DNA from: Candidatus Geohabitans tengchongensis
GTDB lineage: Bacteria; Sysuimicrobiota; Sysuimicrobiia; Sysuimicrobiales; Humicultoraceae
Assembly (NCBI GenBank): GCA_031459625.1
Contig: JAVKIH010000037.1
Location: forward strand, 1 to 17,935
DNA: 17,935 nt
Direction of reading: 5' to 3'
The translations under genes were made by a program, and so were the position numbers. Positions within the stretch are counted from its first letter, which is position 1; each line of letters opens with the position of its first letter. Positions 1 to 6,234 of the stretch are shown one piece after another. The notes below the pieces were generated by a model. The model had not been told where the DNA came from, did not search any database, and worked only from the letters and a program-made list of their open reading frames with translations.

Positions 1-1
1 C

Positions 2-2275
2 GCGCAGGTAGCCGTTGGCCCGCCGGTGAGGGAGGACCGGATCCTCGACCTGGTCGCCGTGCTGGTGGACCACTCGCTCCTGGTGGTCGAACCGGGGCGT
101 CCTGCGCCGTACCGCCTGCTGGAGACGATCCGTCAGTACGCCCAGGCCCGCCTGCTGGAGTCAGGGGAAGCCGAGGCGGTACGCGACCGGCACCTCGCCT
201 GTTACCTCGGGATCGCGGAGTGGGGGGCCCACGGGCTGGAAGGCCCCCGCGACCGGGCCCCGGTACAGGCGGTGGCGGCCCAGCACGACAACATCCGGGC
301 CGCCATGGAGTGGGCGCAGGCGCGTGGCGACGTGATCCGCGGGCTGCGTCTGGCGGTGGCCGCGGCGGGACCGATGTGGGCCGGCCACATCCACTCCACT
401 GAAGCGCGGCAGTGGCTGGAAGGCTGGCTGCAGCGAGGAGACGCCCGGGAGGTGGGCCAGCCTATTCCCGAGACGCTGCGTGCCCGGGCGCTGTACTGGG
501 CCGGCGAGCTGGCCTGGGAGGTCGGGGACAACCGCCGGGCCCAGCAGGCCCTCGAGGAGAGCAGTGCGCTCTTCCGCCGCCTCGGTGACGGTAGAGGACT
601 GGCGTCGGCCCTCAACACGCTGGCCGTGGTGTGGTACCGGACGGCGGCGTATGCAGCGGCGCGGCGGGCGCTGGAGGAGAGTGTGTCGATCGGTCGCGCG
701 CTGGCCGACCCGGGGCTCACCGCTTTCGCCCTGCTCATCCAGGGCATCGTCGCCCGCCTGGAGGGCGACTACGAGAGAGCAGAGGCGTGGGGGCGCGAGA
801 GCCTCGAGGTGGCGCGTGCGGCCGACCTCACCCGCGCCGTGGCCCTGGCGCTGGACAGCCTGGGGGTGCTGGCGGCGCAGCGCGGCGACGGGGACGCGGC
901 GGAATCGCTGGCCCAGGAGGCGGTGGCGCACTTCCGGTCGCTGGGGGACGCCTACGGCACAGCGGCCAGCCTCAACACGCTGGCGCTGGCGGCGCTGGCC
1001 CGCGGTGACACCGCGCTGGCCCGCGCGCGCAGCCTGGAGAGCCTGCCCATCTCGCGGCGCCTGGCGGCCCGGGGATCTGCCGGTCGCTCCCAGTTGACCC
1101 TGGCGCGTGCGGCCCTGCGGGAGGGCGACACCGCATCGGCCCTGACCGCCGCCCGCGAGGCCCTCGACCTCTTCCAGAAGGTGGGTGAACGGCTCGGCCT
1201 GGTCCAGTCGCTGGAGGTCCTCGGCGCCGTCGCCCTTCAAGCGGGAGGCGTCGCCGGGGCCCGGCTCCTCGGGGCAGCGGCGGCGGCGCGCGCCCGACTG
1301 GGCGCCCCACAGTCGCCCCTGGAACAGGACCACCTCGCGCGTCCGGTGCGGGCGGCGGAGGCCGCCGCGGCCCCGGGCGCACTCCAGGCCGCCCGGGCTG
1401 CGGGAGAGGGGATGACCCTCGATGCCGCGATCGAGGAGGCGAGGGCCCTGGCCCGCTCCCTGGTGCTTCCCGCCGCGGCGCCCTTCGGGCCGCAGCTGCG
1501 GGTCCGGCTCCTCGGGGGGTTCGAGGTGTGGCGGGGTGAGGAGCGCCTCTCCCCCAAGGTCTGGCGTCGCCGCCGTGACCGCCTGTTGTTCACCTACCTC
1601 CTGGTCGCACGCGAGCCGGTCCCCCGCGAGGCCCTGCTGGAGGCGCTGTGGCCCCACCTCCCTCCTGAATCCGCGCAGGCCAGCCTGGGCGTGGCCTGGT
1701 CAAACGCCAAGCGGGCGCTGGACTCCGGCGGTCCCGGGGACGCGTGCCTGGTGCTGGAGCGGGGGCGGTATGGGATCCGGCGGGGCGCGGTGGTCACAGA
1801 CGTCCAGGAGTTCGACGCTCACGTGGCGGCCGCCGCCCGGGCCCGCGACGTCCAGGCTGCCCTGCGGGCCCTCGAGACCGCCGCAGGGATCTACCGCGGA
1901 GACCTCCTGCCCGACGAGGCCAACGAGCCCTGGACGACTCTCGAACGGGAGCGGCTGCGGACCGCGTACATCGGGGTGCTGGAGCGGCTGGCGGAGGCCA
2001 GGGCCTCCCAGGGTCAGGTGGCGGAGGCCGAGGCGCACCTGCGCGAGATCCTTCGCCTCGACCCCTGGCGGGAAGAGGTCTACCGGCGGCTCATGGTGCT
2101 GCTGGCAGAGCACGGTCGGCGTGCGGAAGCGCTGCGCCTGTACCAGGAGTGCGTGGCGGCGTTGCGCCGCGAGCTGGAGGTCGGTCCGAGCGGCGAGACC
2201 GTGGCCCTCGCCGAGGCCATCGCCAGGGGAGAGCGGCCCGGCCGCCCTCGCCCACACCAGCCACCCTCGCGCTGA
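2..2275 (+). CDS. 5'-truncated large transcriptional regulator: end of an ATPase/winged-helix region, TPR repeats, then C-terminal SARP-type DNA-binding domain and BTAD
   Basis: The frame is open from position 2, so the true start is probably upstream of the window. 'LVDHSLL...YRLLETIRQYA...RHLACY' is typical of the region after the ATPase domain in AfsR/LuxR-type ATPase regulators. TPR-like helices recur ('GLASALNTLAVV', 'GTAASLNTLALA'). The C-terminus has SARP/BTAD motifs: 'LRVRLLGGFEV', 'VPREALLEALWP', 'DVQEF', 'YRGDLL', 'W...ERERLR', 'DPWREE.YRRLM', 'ELEVGPS'. Confidence 0.9.
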   Translation, partial: AQVAVGPPVREDRILDLVAVLVDHSLLVVEPGRPAPYRLLETIRQYAQARLLESGEAEAVRDRHLACYLGIAEWGAHGLEGPRDRAPVQAVAAQHDNIRAAMEWAQARGDVIRGLRLAVAAAGPMWAGHIHSTEARQWLEGWLQRGDAREVGQPIPETLRARALYWAGELAWEVGDNRRAQQALEESSALFRRLGDGRGLASALNTLAVVWYRTAAYAAARRALEESVSIGRALADPGLTAFALLIQGIVARLEGDYERAEAWGRESLEVARAADLTRAVALALDSLGVLAAQRGDGDAAESLAQEAVAHFRSLGDAYGTAASLNTLALAALARGDTALARARSLESLPISRRLAARGSAGRSQLTLARAALREGDTASALTAAREALDLFQKVGERLGLVQSLEVLGAVALQAGGVAGARLLGAAAAARARLGAPQSPLEQDHLARPVRAAEAAAAPGALQAARAAGEGMTLDAAIEEARALARSLVLPAAAPFGPQLRVRLLGGFEVWRGEERLSPKVWRRRRDRLLFTYLLVAREPVPREALLEALWPHLPPESAQASLGVAWSNAKRALDSGGPGDACLVLERGRYGIRRGAVVTDVQEFDAHVAAAARARDVQAALRALETAAGIYRGDLLPDEANEPWTTLERERLRTAYIGVLERLAEARASQGQVAEAEAHLREILRLDPWREEVYRRLMVLLAEHGRRAEALRLYQECVAALRRELEVGPSGETVALAEAIARGERPGRPRPHQPPSR

Positions 2276-2302
2276 GCGTCGACGGAGTGCAGACGCCCCC
2301 TC

Positions 2303-2336
2303 CGCTTAGGGCTGCGCTAAAGGCTCCCCGTACCTT
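2303..2336 (+). promoter_or_regulatory. Direct-repeat operator plus -10 element, copy 1 (upstream of the cupin)
   Basis: CGCTTAG(2303-2309)-GGCTG-CGCTAA(2315-2320)-10 nt-TACCTT(2331-2336); cupin ATG at 2382. Confidence 0.8.
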
Positions 2337-2381
2337 TTGGCATGGAGAGCACGAGGGAGTTCGGAGATCCGGGAGGATGCC

Positions 2382-2837
2382 ATGGAACGACGGCTCTGGT
2401 TTCTCAACACCCTGGTCCACATTCGCGTGGCCGAAGCGGACGGGCAGGACGGGCTCTCCGTCCTGGAGCATCGTGCTCCCTTCGGGGACTCGCCGCCGCT
2501 GCACATCCACCACACCGAGGACGAGGTCTTCCACGTCCTCGAGGGCGAGCTCCGCCTGCGCGTGGCGGACGAGGAGCGCCGGTGTCCTCGCGGTACCATC
2601 CTCCTCGCCCCGAAGGGCGTCCCGCACACCTACCGGGTGGAGTCGCCGGCGGGGGCACGCTGGGTCACGGTGACGGCGCGCGGGGACTTTGAGCGGTTCG
2701 TCCGGGCCCTGGGCCGCCCCGCCGAGCGCGACGACCTTCCGCCGCCGGCCGGTCCCCCGTCCCCCGAGGCGGCGGAGGCGCTGGCCCAGGTGGCCCGCCG
2801 CCATGGCATCGAGCTGGTCGGTCCTCCCCTGGCGTGA
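2382..2837 (+). CDS. Cupin-domain protein (quercetinase/QueD-like monocupin), 151 aa
   Basis: GGGAGG precedes the ATG at 2382. Cupin motif 1 'PPLHIHHTEDEVFHVLEGEL' and motif 2 'PKGVPHTY' are present, plus the family-typical 'LWFLNTL' N-terminus and 'HGIELVGPPL' C-terminus. Confidence 0.9.
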   Translation: MERRLWFLNTLVHIRVAEADGQDGLSVLEHRAPFGDSPPLHIHHTEDEVFHVLEGELRLRVADEERRCPRGTILLAPKGVPHTYRVESPAGARWVTVTARGDFERFVRALGRPAERDDLPPPAGPPSPEAAEALAQVARRHGIELVGPPLA

Positions 2838-2892
2838 CGCCTGCCGCAGGGCCGTGATGGCCGAAGCGTCCACGCCGCTCCATCCCGCCTGG

Positions 2893-2927
2893 CGCTTAGG
2901 GTGGCGCTAACCGCCGTCCTCTACGCT
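2893..2927 (+). promoter_or_regulatory. Direct-repeat operator plus -10 element, copy 2 (upstream of the small ORFs)
   Basis: CGCTTAG(2893-2899)-GGTGG-CGCTAA(2905-2910)-11 nt-TACGCT(2922-2927); ATG at 2964. Confidence 0.8.
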
Positions 2928-2963
2928 CCGCATCGCCAGGGACCCCGGCGTCGGGGAGGAGAC

Positions 2964-3161
2964 ATGGAGGACCAGGGCGCGCCGATGTCGTTCGTGATCA
3001 GGCTGCAGCGGACCGGCGGCGGGTTTCGGGGCCACGTGATCGCCGTGGCAACAGGGCAAGGGCGGGTCTTCACCGACCTGGCCGAGGCGACCGCGTTCAT
3101 TGAGGCCCAGATGCGGGAGGCGCCGCCGGGCGGCCACGCCCGCCGGCCGGCATCGGACTGA
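2964..3161 (+). CDS. Small hypothetical protein, 65 aa
   Basis: GGGGAGGA lies 3 nt before the ATG at 2964, and promoter copy 2 is directly upstream. The sequence is protein-like with strands then a helix ('SFVIRLQR...FRGHVIAVATGQGRVFTDLAEATAFIEAQM'). Confidence 0.75.
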   Translation: MEDQGAPMSFVIRLQRTGGGFRGHVIAVATGQGRVFTDLAEATAFIEAQMREAPPGGHARRPASD

Positions 3162-3180
3162 CAGGCCCGGGAGGGGGCTC

Positions 3181-3303
3181 ATGGGCCCACCGTTGCGGAG
3201 AGGGGGGAGTGGGATGGACGTGGTCGTGCGGGTTGCCGGTCTGCTGCTCGTGACGCTGCTCGCCACGGGGTGCATGCCCTTCAGCCTGCCGCTGCCCTTC
3301 TGA
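3181..3303 (+). CDS. Putative micro-lipoprotein (40 aa from ATG 3181, or 29 aa from ATG 3214)
   Basis: Both ATGs have SD-like sequences (GGAGGGG and GGGGGAG). A hydrophobic stretch 'VVVRVAGLLLVTLL' ends in lipobox-like 'LATG-C', followed by only 'MPFSLPLPF' and a stop. Confidence 0.55.
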   Translation: MGPPLRRGGSGMDVVVRVAGLLLVTLLATGCMPFSLPLPF

Positions 3304-3314
3304 CGGTTCGAGCG

Positions 3315-3353
3315 CCGCCGGGCCAGCACCTGATGCTGTGCTGGTCCTGGCGG
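3315..3353. terminator. Stem-loop between convergent genes, possible bidirectional terminator
   Basis: CCGCCGGGCCAGCAC (3315-3329) pairs with GTGCTGGTCCTGGCGG (3338-3353) with one G-U pair and one bulge, around an 8-nt loop. It lies between the stops at 3303 (+) and 3392 (-). There is no U-tract. Confidence 0.5.
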
Positions 3354-3391
3354 GTCATCGCGGCGAGGCCATTCGTCCTCTCTGAGCCGCG

Positions 3392-4423
3392 CTACTGCTC
3401 GACCCGCCAGAGGCGAATGCCACCCTCGTCGTCCCCGGCGGCCAGCAGCCGGCCGTCGGGCGAAAAGGCCAGCGCGGTGATCTCCTCGGGACCGTAGAGC
3501 ACGCGGAGGAGCGCGCCCGTCCGGGCGTCCCAGAGGAGGAGTGGCCTGTAGGTGCCCCTGGGGCCCGGAGGCCGGGGCAGGTCAACCCCCGCGACGATCC
3601 CGCGCCCGCCAGTGGCGATGCGCCGCCCGTCCGGTGTGTAGGCGGCGGCCAACGCATACACGTGTGCGATGAGCCTGTGCCGCTCCCGGCCGGTCGCCAC
3701 GTCCCAGATCCGGACGGTGTTGTCCGTCGAGGCGGACAGGGCGGAGCGCCCGTCGGGAGCGAAGGCCACGTCAGTGATGGCGGCGATGTGGCCGCGGAAG
3801 ACCCGCACCTGCCGGCCGTGCACGACGTCCCAGAGACGGACCGTCTCGTCGTCAGAGAAACTCCCGGAGAGTAGGAACCGGCCGTCACGGGAGAAGGCGA
3901 GCGCGGTCACGTGGTCAGTGTGCCCCCGGAGGATCCGCACTGTCCGACCGGTGGCGGCGTTCCACAGGCGGATGGTCCGCTCTTGACCGCCCGTCGCCAC
4001 CAGGCGCCCGTCGGGAGCGTACGCCGCGGTGTTCACCTGGAAGAGCCGGAGCTGGAATGCCCGGACCTGACGCCCGGAGGCCGTCTCGACCAGCCGGGCG
4101 GCCCCGCCCCATGGGTCGGCGAAGAGGACCTGGCGACCGTCCGGTGAGAAGGCGGCATCCTCGGTGAGGCCGCGGCAGGGGCAGATCATCCAGACCTGTC
4201 GGCGACCGGCCACGTCCCAGAGGCGCACCGTGCGGTCACTACCGGTGGAGACGACCAGCCGGCCGTCGGGGGAGAAGGCCACCGAGGTCACCGCCTTCTC
4301 ATGCCTCCCCAGCACCTGCTCGTCCGTCCCTACCGTCATCTCCACAGGCCCGGCCCCCGCTGGCGGGGCGCCCAGGCTCGCCGCCAGGAGGAACGCCACA
4401 GCCACGAGCCCTCTCGTCGCCAT
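3392..4423 (-). CDS. Secreted WD40-repeat beta-propeller protein, about 7 repeats, 343 aa
   Basis: GAGGAGG precedes the ATG. Signal peptide 'MATRGLVAVAFLLAASLGAPPAGA'. Repeats such as 'GHTDHVTALAFSRDG...VRLWD', 'GHIAAITDVAFAPDG...VRIWD' and 'VTSVAFSPDG...VRLWD'. Confidence 0.93.
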   Translation of the reverse strand: MATRGLVAVAFLLAASLGAPPAGAGPVEMTVGTDEQVLGRHEKAVTSVAFSPDGRLVVSTGSDRTVRLWDVAGRRQVWMICPCRGLTEDAAFSPDGRQVLFADPWGGAARLVETASGRQVRAFQLRLFQVNTAAYAPDGRLVATGGQERTIRLWNAATGRTVRILRGHTDHVTALAFSRDGRFLLSGSFSDDETVRLWDVVHGRQVRVFRGHIAAITDVAFAPDGRSALSASTDNTVRIWDVATGRERHRLIAHVYALAAAYTPDGRRIATGGRGIVAGVDLPRPPGPRGTYRPLLLWDARTGALLRVLYGPEEITALAFSPDGRLLAAGDDEGGIRLWRVEQ

Positions 4424-4465
4424 CCTGTGCCTCCTCGGGTCCTCGAAAGCGCTCCTGCCCTGAGG

Positions 4466-4500
4466 ACGTTACGGGGTGAGGGTTAGCGGCACGCTTAGCG
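4466..4500 (-). promoter_or_regulatory. Direct-repeat operator plus -10 element, copy 3 (upstream of the WD40 gene)
   Basis: The reverse complement reads CGCTAAG(4500-4494)-CGTGC-CGCTAA(4488-4483)-11 nt-TAACGT(4471-4466); ATG at 4423. Confidence 0.8.
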
Positions 4501-4581
4501 GAGGTCAGGGGCGCGGTCAATCGGCGCGGACGGGCTGCCGCCCCTGGGGGCCGTGCAGGTCCGGCGCGGCGACCTCCCCTG

Positions 4582-4616
4582 CGCTAAGGGGTGCGCTAAC
4601 CTCTCTGCCCTAGCGT
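4582..4616 (+). promoter_or_regulatory. Direct-repeat operator plus -10 element, copy 4 (upstream of the lipoprotein operon)
   Basis: CGCTAAG(4582-4588)-GGGTG-CGCTAA(4594-4599)-11 nt-TAGCGT(4611-4616); ATG at 4675. Confidence 0.8.
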
Positions 4617-4674
4617 GCACTTCTGGAACTCCCAAGGGTTCCGATCCGGAGTGGAGTCCGGTCGCGCTCACCCG

Positions 4675-6234
4675 ATGAGACCCTTCGCGCTCCTCGCCCT
4701 GGTCGTCCTCACCGCGGCCGCCTGCCGGGGCGGGAGCCCCCCGCCGACCGGCACAGCGCCCACACCTGCCGGGCAGGAGACCCCCGCCGCCCGGGGCGGA
4801 GAGGGAACGCCCGTGAGTGCCACCCCGCCCGACCAGCGCGAGCAGGCGGTGCCCGGCCAGGGCGAGCAGGCGGTTCCGGCAGCAACACCGGTTGGCGGGG
4901 GCGGACCCGGGTCTGTCCAGGGGACGCTCGAGCCGGAGCGCACCTACGCGGTGGGCGCCTTTGGCCGCAACCGGAACGTCGAGCTGACCGTCGCCGAGTT
5001 TCGCCTGCTGGACCCCACGCGCGTGGTGTCGTCCTCCGGAGCGCACCCGGCCCGCCCCGACCTGCGGTTCGTCGTGCTGACGACCGTCTGGAAGAACCTG
5101 GTCCCGCCCAGGACTCTCGAGGTTCCCAAGCGCGGGCCGGCCGGGACGGTGAGCGGGGAGAAGGAGACCGTCGTCGCCGAGACCGCCTATGTCGTCCCCG
5201 ACCTGGTCAAGCACCTCCACCTGCTCATCGACCGGCGGTACGTCGCCCACGTCGACCCGGCCAGCGCGCGCCTCCCCGAAGCCCTGCCCATGCCCCGGCT
5301 GGTGGTGGAGCGCTACAACCAGGAGGTGCGGGGCGCGGTGGCCTTCGTCGTGCCGGCCGGTCCCTTCCAGAGCCTGACCCTCCAGTTCTACGACTTCACC
5401 CAGGGCCACATCACGGTCCCGGTCTACGGCACCCCCCCGGCGCAGGCGGACCGGCCGGTCGCCGGCCCCGCCCGCAACCAGGTGCTGGCCGCATCGGTCT
5501 ACGGCGTGCGCACTGCCGCCGAGGCCGGCACCGCGCGGGCCCCGGCGGGCAGCCGCTTCCTCCTGGTCGACGTCGGGGCGACCTCGCTGGCGCCGGGGCA
5601 GATCGCCCAGGTGGACGTGCGCCAGTTCGTCGCCCTCGTCGAGGACGGCGTCTACCTGTACCGTCCCGCTCCCGAGCTCCCGGGGCTGGCGCACCAGTTC
5701 CACGGGGTGGTGAACCTCCTGCCCGACTTCGAGCGGCGGGGCGTGCTGGCGTTCGTCGTGCCCGAGCCGACGGGGCGGCTGGAGCTGCTGGTCGCGGCGG
5801 CGCGCGTCGACCCGGTGACGCTGCTGCTCACGCCCGACGTGGCGGCGCGGGGACAGCCGCAGCCGAAGGCCACGATCCCGGACGGGGAGGTGGCGGAGGT
5901 CCTGCTGAACGGCACCGCGCTCACGGACCAGGTGGGAGAGGCGGCCGCGCCGGCGGGGCGGCGCTTCCTCGTGCTGGACCTGACGGTGGTGAACCGGAGC
6001 CGCACCCAGGGGCTTGTCGTCCAGCCGGTGCAGTTCACGGTGACGGACGGGCAGCAGCGCACGGCGCCGTCGCCGGTGACGGCGAAGCTGCCCCACGGAC
6101 TGGCGCAGGAGCGGGTCGTCCCCCCGGCCGGGCGCGGCCGGTTCGAGGTGGCCTTCGAGGTCCCCGCGGGCGCGTCGTCCCTTCGATTGGCTTACCAGGG
6201 GTTCACGAAGGTTGAGGAGGTCCCCCTGCCATGA
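4675..6234 (+). CDS. Lipoprotein with Pro/Thr-rich linker and about three DUF4352-like Ig-fold domains, 519 aa
   Basis: Signal 'MRPFALLALVVLTAAA-C'. Three units follow the pattern 'RF(V/L)(V/L)...(W/V)xN ... V/RG.V/LAFVVP', the last being 'GRRFLVLDLTVVNRS...QFTVTDG...FEVAFEVPAGASSLRLAY', which resembles DUF4352. The ORF-track start at 4615 overlaps the -10 element and is unlikely. Confidence 0.8.
   Translation: MRPFALLALVVLTAAACRGGSPPPTGTAPTPAGQETPAARGGEGTPVSATPPDQREQAVPGQGEQAVPAATPVGGGGPGSVQGTLEPERTYAVGAFGRNRNVELTVAEFRLLDPTRVVSSSGAHPARPDLRFVVLTTVWKNLVPPRTLEVPKRGPAGTVSGEKETVVAETAYVVPDLVKHLHLLIDRRYVAHVDPASARLPEALPMPRLVVERYNQEVRGAVAFVVPAGPFQSLTLQFYDFTQGHITVPVYGTPPAQADRPVAGPARNQVLAASVYGVRTAAEAGTARAPAGSRFLLVDVGATSLAPGQIAQVDVRQFVALVEDGVYLYRPAPELPGLAHQFHGVVNLLPDFERRGVLAFVVPEPTGRLELLVAAARVDPVTLLLTPDVAARGQPQPKATIPDGEVAEVLLNGTALTDQVGEAAAPAGRRFLVLDLTVVNRSRTQGLVVQPVQFTVTDGQQRTAPSPVTAKLPHGLAQERVVPPAGRGRFEVAFEVPAGASSLRLAYQGFTKVEEVPLP

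Noticed and set aside
2269..2281. CGCTGAG at the regulator stop codon as an additional half-site
   Set aside because: It is a single imperfect half-site, 34 bp from copy 1 and out of 12-bp phase.
4839..4878. Short duplication encoding EQAVP twice
   Set aside because: It is an ordinary low-complexity linker duplication inside a lipoprotein tether.
161..6096. Long antisense ORFs 161-1657 and 4495-6096, and many short alternative-frame ORFs
   Set aside because: They overlap well-supported genes and have the low-complexity R/P/G/A composition typical of GC-rich off-frames.
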